NCBI RefSeq assembly: GCF_009914755.1
Contig: NC_060929.1
Origin: the human T2T-CHM13v2.0 reference genome, Homo sapiens
Strand: one strand, 5' to 3'
DNA length: 64,000 nucleotides
In this document: positions 1-15,230 of the stretch, one piece after another
Layout: each line of letters starts with the position of its first letter
Numbering within the stretch: position 1 is the stretch's first letter
Program-made: the position numbers and the translations under genes
The notes under the pieces: generated by a model
What the model was told of the DNA's origin: nothing
The model's input: only the letters and a program-made list of their open reading frames with translations
The model's database searches: none

Positions 1-129
1 TAAGGTCAGGACGCCAAAGGCAGGTTCTCTAATTCTCTCAAGAGTCTCTGACCATTGCTAAACTGAATACAGCACGGTCCCCATGCACTGCATCAAGCTC
101 CTGGGTGAAACTGACCAACGTCATGAAAT

Positions 130-275
130 GTTACAGCTGAGGGGACCCTCAGAGTTGCAGTTCAGCCCCTTTATTTTGTACTTGGAAAAACAGACCCAGG
201 AGGCCTGAGTCACTTGCTCAGCTGCACACAGCTGGTTTATGGCAGGACCACAGCCAGAATGCCTGGCTCCAAACA
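130..275 (-). mobile_element. MIR SINE fragment
   Basis: Diverged MIR core-like sequence (cccttattttgta...gaaaaacagacccagg...gtcacttgctcagctgcacacagctgg); recognised from memory. Confidence 0.55.
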
Positions 276-469
276 CAGTTTTCTTATGTTAAGTTGAAAT
301 TACTTTTTCCCCCTCCATAAATATCTGATATAGCCAAGCATGCATGTAATTTGGTAAGAGGAAATAATTCATGAGTAAGTCTCTTTCTGAATAAATAGAT
401 TACATTTATTAGCATGCTTTCAGATTACAAATTATCTAATCATTATCCTTATTGAAAATACTCCATGTC

Positions 470-735
470 CTTGCGATAGTTTGCTGAGAATGGTTTCCAG
501 CTTCATCCATGTCCCTACAAAGGACATGAACTCATCCTTTTTTATGACTGCGTAGTATTCCACGGTGTATATGTGCCACAGTTTCTTAATCCAGTCAGGG
601 ATAGCATTAGGAGATATACCTAATGTTAAATGATGAGTTAATGGGTGCAGCACACCAACATGGCACATGTATGCATATGTAACAAACCTGCACATTGTGC
701 ACATGTACCCTAAAACTTAAAGTATAATTAAAAAA
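470..735 (+). mobile_element. Short 5'-truncated, 5'-inverted L1PA4/5-type insertion
   Basis: 470-596 is the L1 ORF2 C-terminus in reverse. 597-735 is the L1 3'UTR in sense with a poly(A) tail. Perfect 15-bp TSD AAAATACTCCATGTC at 455-469 and 736-750. Confidence 0.93.
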
Positions 736-1006
736 AAAATACTCCATGTCAAACATAAATTGTAGCTCTGAGAATGTGAACTATATTGCTGGTGAACTTT
801 GTCCTAGGCTAAAGTCTTTCCCTCCTTCAGTCTTTTATTTACATTCTCACTTCTTTTCTTCTATTCCTGTGGAATGTTGCCAAATGGTGCTCCTATATTT
901 AATAATATTAAGTTTTAAAAATCCACTACTTTAACACGTCTAATTTTCTGAGAGTTATCTTTTTGTTCTTGTCCATATGCACATAGATTTTTACATAGTT
1001 GTTTTC

Positions 1007-1709
1007 TTTTTTTTTTTTATTATACTTTAAGTTTTAGGGTACATGTGCACATTGTGCAGGTTAGTTACATATGTATACATGTGCCATGCTGGTGCGCTGC
1101 ACCCACTAACTCGTCATCTAGCATTAGGTATATCTCCCAATGCTATCCCTCCCCACCACCCCCCACCCCACCGCAGTCCCCAGAGTGTGATATTCCCCTT
1201 CCTGTGTCCATGTGATCTCATTGTTCAATTCCCACCTATGAGTGAGAATATGCGGTGTTTGTTTTTTTGTTCTTGCGATAGTTTACTGAGAATGATGATT
1301 TCCAATTTCATCCATGTCCCTACAAAGGACATGAACTCATCATTTTTTATGGCTGCGTAGTATTCCATGGTGTATATGTGCCACATTTTCTTAATCCAGT
1401 CTATCATTGTTGGACATTTGGGTTGGTTCCAAGTCTTTGCTATTGTGAATAATGCCGCAATAAACATACGTGTGCATGTGTCTTTATAGCAGCATGATTT
1501 ATAGTCATTTGGGTATATACCCAGTAATGGGATGGCTGGGTCAAATGGTATTTCTAGTTCGAGATCCCTGAGGAATCGCCACACTGACTTCCACAATGGT
1601 TGAACTAGTTTACAGTCCCACCAACAGTGTAAAAGTGTTCCTATTTCTCCACATCCTCTCAATATCCAGAATCTACAATGAACTCAAACAAATTTACAAG
1701 AAAAAAGCA
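1007..1709 (-). mobile_element. 5'-truncated, 5'-inverted L1PA2-like insertion
   Basis: Poly(T) at 1007, then 3'UTR and ORF2 C-terminus (ORF 1225-1662, [13 protein letters not shown]...SLIGGN) to 1660. Inverted 46-bp piece at 1661-1706. 3'UTR diagnostic reads GAG (gatgacGAGttagtggg), not the L1HS-Ta ACA. TSD TAC(A/G)TAGTTGTTTTC at 992-1006 and 1710-1724. Confidence 0.93.
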
Positions 1710-1724
1710 TACGTAGTTGTTTTC

Positions 1725-2200
1725 ACGGTACTCACAAAACTTTGAAGTCTGCTTTTCTCATCTGATGATATTTATAAACATTTTATATGTCCACAAATAT
1801 CCCATAAACACCAATTTTTAATGAATGCATAATTCATTATAATCAAACTAGCCATAAAACTATTAAGTTATTTTCTTATTGCTAACATTTGAATTGTCTC
1901 TGTTTTGGGTTGTTGAATGTGATGCTATAATATATGCTTTTTTACATAGACTCAGAACTGGAATTATGTGGTCAGAGGTAAGAATATTTTCATAGCCAAA
2001 AAGATATATTGCCTGAATATTTTTCATCAACAATGCCACCAGCAGTGTATATCATTTTTACCCCACTCTTACTAACACTGAGCATCTAACAGCTTTCACT
2101 CGCAAACAAGTGTGCTTGTACCAAGAAAGTGTTGTTAAAGTAATGACAGATCATTTCTGAGTGTTATGTGGAATTATAATTTCCCAAATTGGAAAATTTC
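1725..2200 (-). mobile_element. Ancient L1M (L1ME-like) remnant hosting the young L1
   Basis: Degraded L1M antisense-like motifs (ctggaattatgtggtcagaggt, ccaccagcagtgtata, ccactcttactaacactg). Confidence 0.45.
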
Positions 2201-2629
2201 CCTTTTTCATTTTACACTAAATTAGTAAAACCTATAAGTACTATAGCTTTAATTTACATAATAGTGCTTTGCATAATAGGTATTCCATATTAACTGATTG
2301 ATTTAATTGTATATCCTATAAGATAATAATCATGGTACCCTACAGCGGAAAAGGGAAGTGGAAAAGAGGGATATAAAAGGGGTGATGAGGAGGGAAAATG
2401 TGGATGAGATGTCATCAGATTACACCAAAGGGAAAACCAGGAACATCTCCTCCAGGGACAGGGTCATAACCCTATCCACTAGTACTCTGAACATAGCCAA
2501 GTCTGTCCACATCTATTCCTGACTCCAGAACTTGACTCTCCCCACTCTTTCCCTCCCTCCACCCCCAACATCCCTAATGACTGAGCTTCCCCTTCATTCC
2601 TTCTCTCCTGGTTCGACTTGCCCTATCAC

Positions 2630-2830
2630 CTGTGCTCGCTTATTCCTTAAGGTGTACGGTGCAATCCTCAGCCTTGTGAGGGATGCAAGGATTAACCATG
2701 TGGGCCCTGCCTTTCTGGAGTTCGAAGTCTGATAGGAGAAGACATGAATAAACAGCAGAATGTGAACAATGCCGTAAGAAGGCTACAGATGGGGTGCTTT
2801 GGGAGCTTTCTTCCAGAAGTGGCATTGAGA
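2630..2830 (-). mobile_element. L2 LINE fragment
   Basis: L2 3'-region-like motif gccctgcctttctggagttcgaagtctgataggagaagacatgaataaac. Confidence 0.45.
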
Positions 2831-4723
2831 CTGGACTGGGAGGGCCTGAAAGAATTTGGACATTGGATCTGACACTGTCCCCCAGCTTACCAGGATCCTC
2901 CGTGCTCTCCAGATCCCTACTGCCTCAGTCACCAAGCCGGGTCCCCCCAAAGCTGAATATGCCAGAGGGGCATGCAGAACGTTTGAAAACTTACCAGACA
3001 TTATTTCCCTCTCAAATTGCAAGATGGTTTTGCTGTTTCCTATTTTATTTCTTTTTGATATTTCCTTTTTTAGTGAAGTGAAACATATCTTTTAAAAAGT
3101 GAGTGTGCTTGAACTGTGTGAGGCAGTACAAGGGGTGCCAGTGTAGTCCCCAGGTATGTGAGAGAAGGCAGCTGATTGGACTGGTCCATGCCTGTACCTT
3201 ATCGATCTTTGTGCTTTACTGACCACTCTCTGTGCTGGACCAGTTGTTAGAGATTTCAGTTAATGTTCCTGGGAGAAGGAACATTGGGCATTTCTTGTAA
3301 TGTAAGGAGAATGCAAGTGACTAGGTGATCAGTCTATGATGTTAGGTGACCAGGGCCCTGGAGCCAATTGTGATGCCTCATCAGAAAAGAATGTACTTGC
3401 TGAATGTGTGAGAATTGGATTATGTGCTCTTTTCTTTTTAGTTATTATCTCTTTAGTTATTATTGTCTTTGCTTAATTCTCTTCTGTGCCAACCCAAGCC
3501 TCTTCAACTATTTCTCTTTCTGTAATTGCAGAGCTCTGTTAGTCCAAGTTGGACTAACAGTTGATCCTTTCACAATATTTACCACATTTACCAGGCTGGC
3601 TGAATATTATAGAATTAGAGAGATGTCATCCCAAGTGATGCAGTGTTGGAGGGAGAAGCTCAACCCCCTGAAGACTTCTAAATGTTGCTAAATGCATGTT
3701 TAATTTCAGAATACATATTGTAATTGCTAAATTGTTATGACAAGACATAGACAGACATATTTATCTTCCACTTTTCCAAGTTTTAATAATCACGGTAATG
3801 AAGTTGTTGTATATCCTCCCCACCCCTAAAGAGACAAAAGGGCATCCAGGGAGTGGATCCCACTCACACCCAAATGAACTCTTAGATTACTGAGGCCAGA
3901 CTGGTTCTTACCTAGCTGTCCTCAGAACACCATGCCTAGAACTTTCATGTTTAGGGTTTGACCACACAAGCCATTGGTCAGTTGGGTTTCCCATAACAAT
4001 CAAGGAGCTCTGGTTGAGAGAGTTGTGCACCTTTCATGGGATGGGCTTAGAGTGAGGTCAGGCTCCTAGTCAGAGCGTCTGTGATGCATCTTGAGTTTTC
4101 GTTACTCTCAGTCTATTCATCTGAAACCAGTCCCCCTTCCTATTCTGCCATTTAGGAAAATCGTAGATGGTCTGTAAATTGAATCTATGCCCAGTGGTCC
4201 TGAGTAGTGAGATTTATTCAGAATATAATTAAAACAGATATAATATGCCCCTTCTGCCTACCATAGGACCTGATCGCTTGCCCAAAAGGCTCTGGAGTCA
4301 GGAGTGACTTTGGGCATAGAGAGAGTAATTTTTCAAGTCATTATTTTCCTGGGGCTTGGAATATGTGGATGTTGTCAAATAACTTTTTTTTTCTTTTTGT
4401 CAAAACTAGTTCCTCTTTGGGGATATAACCTGACACTATAGTAATTCTGTGTTCCTTGGACTCTCTTTTAAGCACTACATGAACTAAAGAATGATTAAAT
4501 TCTGATTCTTTTTTTTTTATTATACTTTAAGTTTTAGGGTACATGTGCACAATGTGCAGGTTTGTTACATGTGTATACATGTGCCATGTTGGTGTGCTGC
4601 ACCCATTAACTCGTCATTTGACATTAGGTATATCTCCTAATGCTATCCCTCCCCGCTCCCCCAACCCCACAACAGGCCCTGGTGTGTGATGTTCCCCTTC
4701 CTGTGTCCATGTGTTCTCATTGT

Positions 4724-8549
<3,826 letters not shown>

Positions 8550-8612
8550 GATGATGTTAGCTGGTTATTTTGCTCATTAGTTGATGCAGTTTCTTCCTAG
8601 CCTTGATGGTCT

Positions 8613-9632
8613 TTACAATTTGGCATGTTTTTGCAGTGGCTGGTGCTGGTTGTTTTTTTCCATGTTTAGTGCTTCCTTTCAGAGCTTTTTTAGGGCAGGC
8701 CTGGTGGTGACAAAATCTCTCAGCATTTGCTTGTCTGTAAAGTATTTTATTTCTCCTTCACTTATGAAGCTTAGTTTGGCTGGGTATGAAATTCTGTATT
8801 GAAAATTCTTTTCTTTAAGAATGTTGAATATTGGCCCCCACTGTCTTCTGGCTTGTAGAGTTTCTGCAGAGAGATCAGCTGTTAGTCTAATGGGCTTCCC
8901 TTTATGGGTAACCCAACCTTTCTCTCTGGCTGCCCTTAACATTTTTTCCTTCATTTCAACTTTGGTGAATCTGACAATTATGTGTCTTGGAGTTGCTCTT
9001 CTCGAGGACTATCTTTGTGGCGTTCTCTGTATTTCCTGAATCTGAATGTTGGCCTGCCTTGCTAGATTGGGGAAGTTCTCCTGGATAATATCCTGCAGAG
9101 TGTTTTCCAACTTGGTTCCATTCTCCCCGTCACTTTCAGGTACACCAATCAGACAGAGGTTTGGTCTTTTCACATAGTCCCATATTTCTTGGAGGCTTTG
9201 TTTGTTTCTTTTTTTTCTTTTTTTCTCTAAACTTCTCTTCGTGCTTCATTTCACTCATTTCGTCTTCCATCACCGATACCCTTTCTTCCAGTTGTTCGCA
9301 TCGGTTACTGAGGCTTGTGCATTTGTCACGTAGTTCTCATGCCATGGTTTTCAGCTCCGTCAGGTCCTTTAAGGACTTCTCTGCATTGATTATTCTAGTT
9401 ATCTATTTGTCTATTTTTTTTTTTCAAAGTTTTTAACTTCTTTGCCATTGGTTTGAACTTCCTCCTTTAGCTTGGAGTAGTTTGATCTTCTGAAGGCTTC
9501 CTCTCTCACCTCGTCAAAGTCATTCTCCGTCCAGCTTTGTTCCGTTGCTGGTGAGGAGCTGCGTTCCTTTGGAGGAGAAGAGGCCCTCTGATTTTTAGAG
9601 TTTCCAGTTTCTATGCTCTGTTTTTTCCCCAT
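8613..9632 (-). pseudogene. Disrupted L1 ORF1p (RNA chaperone)
   Basis: Starts MGKKQSIETGNSKNQ. Frameshift in an A-run near 9415. Later fragment MKEKMLRAAREKG...YPAKLSF. Native stop at 8613-8615. Confidence 0.95.
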
Positions 9633-10659
9633 CTTTGTGGTTTTTATCTACCTTTGGTCTTTGATGATGGTGACGTACAGATGGGTTTTTGGTGTGGATG
9701 TCCTTTCTGTTTGTTAGTTTTCCTTCTAACAGTCAGGACCCTCAGCTGCAGGTCTGTTGGAGTTTACTGGAGGTCCACTCCAGACCCTCTTTGCCTGGGT
9801 ATCAGCAGCAGTGGCTGCAGAACAGCGGATATTGGTGAACCGCAAATGCTGCTGCCTGATTGTTCCTCTGGAAGTTTTGTCTCAGAGGAGTACCCGGTCA
9901 TGTGAGGTGTCAGTCCGCTCCTACTAGGGGGTGCTTCCCAGTTAGGCTACTCAGGGGTTAGGGACCCACTTGAGGAGGCAGTCTGCCCGTTCTCAGATCT
10001 CAAGCTGTGTGCTGGGAGAACCACTACTGTCTTCAAAGCTGTCAGACAGGGACATTTAAGTCTGCAGACGTTATTGCTGTCTTTTGTTTGTCTGTGCCCT
10101 GCCCCCAGAGGTGGAGCCTACAGAGTCAGGCAGGCCTCCTTGAGCTGTGGTGGGCTCCACCCAGTTCGAGCTTCCGGGCTGCTTTGTTTACCTACTCAAT
10201 CCTGAGCAATGGCGGGCGCCCTTCCCCCAGCCTGGCTGCCACCTTGCAGTTTGATCTCAGACTGCTGTGCTAGCAATGAGCGAGGCTCTGCGCGTGTAGG
10301 ACCCTCTGAGCCAGGCGCGGGATATAATCTCCTGGTGTGCCGTTTGTGAAGCCTGTTGGAAAAGCGCAGTATTAGAATGGGAGTGACCTGATTTTCCAGG
10401 TGCCATCTGTCACCCCTTTCTTTGACTAGGAAAGGGAATTCCCTGATCCCTTGCACTTCCCGGGTGAGGCGATGCCTCGCCCTGCTTCGGCTCATGCACA
10501 GTGTGCTGCACCCACTGTCCTGCACCCACTTTCCGGCACTCCTCTGTGAGATGAACCCGGTACCTCAGTTGGAAATGCAGAAATCACCTGTCTTCTGTGT
10601 CACTCATGCTGGGAGCTGTAGACTGGAGCTGTTCCTATTCAGCCATCTTGGCTCCACCT
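9633..10659 (-). promoter_or_regulatory. L1 5'UTR internal promoter (sense, minus strand) and antisense promoter (+ strand)
   Basis: YY1 core GCCATCTT at 10642-10649. Standard L1PA 5'UTR sequence with partial CpG decay. Confidence 0.8.
10209..10349 (+). pseudogene. Truncated L1 ORF0 (46 aa)
   Basis: gcaATGGcg start, translating MAGALPPAWLPPCSLISDCCASNERGSARVGPSEPGAGYNLLVCRL*. Matches the ORF0 N-terminus (MAGAPPPASLPPCSLISDCCASN...) but stops early at TGA 10347-10349. Confidence 0.8.
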
Positions 10660-10774
10660 AACTAAATTACGATTCTTGAGTGTGGATGCACTTCATAGAT
10701 CATTCTGTTCTGCCTAGAGTCCTTATGCATTTTCAACAGCATTACTGTTTGAATAAGTCAGGATAGACTTGCAT

Positions 10775-11080
10775 ATGTCAGGGTATAAGGTACATCCTGA
10801 AATCTTGGTGGCTCAACATCGCAGTTTTATTACTCACTCACGTAAAGTTGATCTGGGTCGGGTGGCCCTCCTTAATCTTGAAGCTGCACTATCTGATACA
10901 TGGAGATTTCGAGGTCACTGCTAAAAGGGAAAAGAGGGAAGGGGGAGACACACTGGTTTTTAGCTGCTTCAGCCCAGAAGTAGCATAGTCCATCGGCCTG
11001 AATTGGTCACATGGTCCCAACAAGGAAGAAAGGAGATGTGGGAGCATTTAGTGAGTACCAACCCACTGTCTCTGCCACAT
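10775..11080 (-). mobile_element. MaLR LTR (MLT1J/K-like)
   Basis: gaaatcttggtggctcaac...ttttattactcactcac...tggtcacatggtccc...tctctgccaca end motif. Confidence 0.55.
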
Positions 11081-11107
11081 TATTCTTTCCTCAAAATGGT
11101 TGTAACA

Positions 11108-11463
<356 letters not shown>

Positions 11464-11596
11464 TTAATGGCTTCTGTTTCACAGGTTTCCTAGAACAACT
11501 GATTTCTACTTCTGCAAATCATACTAACTGATATGCTTGGGACCTGCTGGCACACTCTCAGCTAGTAGGTTAGTCCCTAGGTATCCTCACTCACTT

Positions 11597-12184
11597 TGTT
11601 ATAGGACTGCCAAGTTTGTATGCCCACTGTGCAGCAACAGACCAATACACTGAGACAGCAGGGTTTGCAGCAGACAAGTTGTTTAATAATTGCAAGATGA
11701 CTGAATGAGGAAACAGGAGGAATTCTCGAGACTCAAATTCATTTCATTGAGGGGTTCTGGGCAAGGATCTTTCAGGGGATTGGAGAGGGCAAGGGGTTAG
11801 AAAATTGGGGTTATCGTTTGGTCAGGGTAAGGGGGATGAAGTCATTAGAATATGGAAAGTGCATTCTTCCATGAGTCAGTTTCTTGCTGAGCCCTTCAGA
11901 CCAGCAGGTGTTGATCATTTTATCAGCATGCAGAACCTAAAGGGGAAATTTAAACAGAAATCTTATTGTTTCACAATGTCTTAGATTTTATCTATAGAAC
12001 AGAAAAGAAAGAGTCTGTGGCAAGGCTATATTATCCTGGGGTAGTAAGCAGCAACCAGCTACCTGGAAGTGGGCCAAAGGGCAGGCTGGCTTGATGATTA
12101 CTGATGTTGTGCTTCAAACCTAGTTGAATTTTATTTTTTTCCTCCTTAATTGATTTTATAAAATTTTATTTGGGGCTGGTTTCA
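11597..12184 (-). mobile_element. ERV1 (MER4-group, LTR8-related) solo LTR
   Basis: TG...CA ends with 4-bp TSD ACTT (11593-11596 and 12185-12188). Homologous to 39970-40518. Exact family not certain. Confidence 0.85.
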
Positions 12185-12222
12185 ACTTCTGTTCTCACCC
12201 CTTGAGTTGTCTGTTGAGCAGG

Positions 12223-12609
12223 TGTAGGAGACTATTTATAAAAAATGTTCACAACGAATCCCCTTCTCTGAGTCTTGGCTGGCCAATGACTTGCTTATGG
12301 ACTGTGATGAAAGTGACACTGTGCTGGATCTGAATCTAGGCCTCAAGGGGCCTTGCACACTGTAACTCACTGAACAAACCCAGGTAGCCTGCTGGATGAT
12401 GGCCCAGTCGCCCTCTTCACCTCACCCAACATTCAGCCAGCCCTAGAAGCACAGCTGCCCAGCTGACTTGCAGCTGACACATGAAGGAGCTCAGTGCAGC
12501 CCAGCCTAGATCCCTGAATGCAGAATTGTGAGTTGAAGACTTAGTGTAGGTAGGTCTTTTAAATCACCGAGTTTTGAGGATGGTTTGTAATGAAGCCATG
12601 ACTGATACA
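12223..12609 (+). mobile_element. MaLR LTR (MLT1F/G/H-like)
   Basis: aggcctcaaggggccttgca...gcccagcctagatccctg...gagttttgaggatggtttgtaatgaagc...ctgataca. Confidence 0.65.
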
Positions 12610-12659
12610 CCGAGGGCTAGTATACTCCCGGGAGATTTACGCCAGCTGTATTGCTTAGT

Positions 12660-13610
12660 AATTATGTCATTTACTTTAATATTACTTTAAAAGGATGACA
12701 TATGAGTCTGAGAATGAAAATTATTCATTTGAAAACGAAACAGAATGTATTGTAAAGGCTTGATAAAAATATCATTAAAAAATGTCAAATAAGATGTAGG
12801 TGAGACCCCTGTAATAAACGAAGAGAAAGTTATAAAAATATAGGATTCTGCCCTCAGATTATTTCCTACATCTCTTTAAGTTTTTGGTCCATATTGACAA
12901 ATTGAAACTGGGTGTGGATTATGAGAGTAAGACTGAGGCTGCTGTACAAAGAAGCCTAACAGTAATTTGATGGCTTAAAGAAGACTGAATTCTATTTACT
13001 TGTTTGTTTTTCTACTTAGGAGTCCAAGGTGAGTATTCTGGGTCAGAGGGAAGTCTGTTGCCTGTAATCATTCAGGGATACAGGGCTTTTTTTGTTTGTT
13101 TTTTTAAATCATTTTGATCTTCAGACCCATAGGGCCTTGTTGATACCTAAATGGTCAAAAACATGTTTTCATGGATTCTGGAATCAGAAAGAGTAAAGAG
13201 AACATGGAGGAGCCAGAACTCTTGCCTTAAGGCATCAGTCCAGAAGCGGTACACATCACTTTTGCAAGCATTCTATTGACAAAAACTCAGTCACATGACC
13301 ATACCTACTGTGAGGGAGACCTGGAAGTGTACAGTATTGGGACAGAAACGTGCTGAGCTATAATCCTTTTATTATAGAGAGGGAGAGAATGTATTTAGGT
13401 AAAGAGCCAGCAGCCTCCAACAATGGGGAGCTTGTTGAGTCTCCAGACAATAGGGAGCTTGAATGAACGGACCCATACCCAGTGGAAAGGCCTTGGTGAA
13501 TAGATATGCATTTTTGTGTTTTAAATTAAAATAACACATTTATGATAGGAAGTATCTGTTTTTATGACTGGTAGCCTTGACTTCGTACCATTAATTGACC
13601 AGTTATAATG
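12660..13610 (+). mobile_element. Ancient Tigger (Tigger15a-like) DNA transposon remnant interrupted by an MLT1 LTR
   Basis: Degraded CENP-B/psq HTH-like coding trace (ggcttgataaa...gtaggtgagacc) before 12913. Continues after 13422 (ggacccatac...aaggccttgg). Confidence 0.45.
12913..13422 (-). mobile_element. MaLR LTR (MLT1K/L-like)
   Basis: gatggcttaaagaagactgaa...cacatcacttttgcaagcattctattgacaaaaactcagtcacatgacc...gggagacctggaagtgt. Confidence 0.6.
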
Positions 13611-14292
13611 ATCTTGCTTATGATAGACATGGGGACTTTTTATTCTTTCTTTCTCTTGGCTCTTCAATATCTCTCTATAATATTTTCCCTTTTGTTTTCA
13701 CTCTTGGGGGATCAAGAATATGGCAGACATTGAGTGCCTACATGTTATTTTGAAATGACATATACATTTCTGAAGTAGCCTCCTGTTTTTACAAGAAAAT
13801 GTAGTGTTAGCTCAGTGCTTGAGATGTGGCCAACTCACTAAGATAAGTCAGGAAGAAAACTAATGTCTAAATATATCCATTCGCTAGTCAGTGCCAAAAG
13901 AAGAAAAGGTTAAAATTGAAGATGAAGAGAACTCTGATATTGCCACAATACCAGGCCTGATAAACAAGTTAAAATAACTCCATTATCTTGGGAGCCGAGG
14001 ACAGGAGGGCTTGATGTCTGGCAACACATTGAACTGATGGAAATCCCTGTCAGAGCTGCTGTCAGCAAATCCTCTGAATTTGTACTTCTGCACCAAGAAG
14101 AGCCATTCAGAAGATTTGAAGAAATGGATGCTGACCTGTGATTTAAGCATGTGCCATTTAAAAATCTCATAGTTTGAGGCCAGCTCTTCCCAGCTTGTCC
14201 CTGAGACCAGAAGACTCCAGTCTCAGATGTGTCCCCATTCAGGATGCCTACACTCCTTAGTCTCAGGTGCTTTTTAAACAATCATTAGCCTC

Positions 14293-14585
14293 AGCTGGGC
14301 GCGGTGGCTCACACCTGTAATCCCAGCACTTTGGGAGGTCGAGGCCAGTGGATCATTTGAGGTTAGGAGTTTGAGACCAGCCTGGCCAATGTGGTGAAAC
14401 CCTGTTTCTACTAAAAATAGAAAAATTAGCTGGGCATGGTGGCAGGTGCCTGTAGTCACAGCTACTTGGGAGGCTGAGGCAGGAGGATTGCTTGAACCCA
14501 GGAGGCAGAGGTTGCAGTGAGCTGAGATGGAGGTTGCAGGAGGCGACAGACAGAGTGAGACTTCATCTCAAAAAAGCAAAAAAGG
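14293..14585 (+). mobile_element. AluS with rearranged right arm
   Basis: Dimeric Alu with TSD AATCATTAGC(C/T)T at 14280-14291 and 14586-14597. Confidence 0.9.
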
Positions 14586-15039
14586 AATCATTAGCTTTAA
14601 CATCTCACCTCCTCCCACCCCCCAACCTTGCACATCTCCCTCAGTTTACGTAGGTGGGCCTGATGCTGGCAAAGGAATTTGAAATAAAAGAATATTGTCA
14701 AACTGGAGAGGAAGTCCTATTTTCTCCATTTGTCTAACAGAGTTTTCTGAAAAGTTGGCCTGAAAGTGATAATGTTGAAGAGGCCGAACAGACATGCAGC
14801 AATAGCACATAGCGTTTGACATTGGCAAAGTGTGAGAGAGCTGGGTTTTGGTGTCTGAGCTTCCTGATATCATGTCTGCTTAGGACTGACTTGGGAGATA
14901 CTGTTTATTAAATGCAGAATTTTTTCTTTTTATTATTTATTAAAGAGAAACAGGGCTCTGCTGCAAGAAGTCAGAAATTCACAGCTGCTACATTCTCCAT
15001 GTAGGCTTGGATTGTGAGGATCCTGATAGTTCCTCTTTT

Positions 15040-15230
15040 TGAATACCTACTATGTGCCAGGCACTGAACTAAAAGCTTTAAATCATTTCATTCCGTCTCT
15101 ACAACACTCCTGTGATCATTGTCTTCCTTTACAGACCAGGGAATTAAGTATATGCGGACGTTAATTGGCTTTCCTAACATCATCCATCTATCAAATCGTG
15201 GAGCTGATATTCAAATCCAGTTTTCCTTTC
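15040..15230 (-). mobile_element. MIR
   Basis: gaatacctactatgtgccaggcactg...tttacaga...ggagctgatattcaaatccag. Confidence 0.65.

Noticed and set aside
13880-14281. Protein-like reading frames (+ strand ...MEIPVRAAVSKSSEFVLLHQEEPFRRFEEMDADL; minus-strand 123 aa)
   Set aside because: No recognisable homology, no convincing splice sites, and no TSD or poly(A) indicating a processed pseudogene
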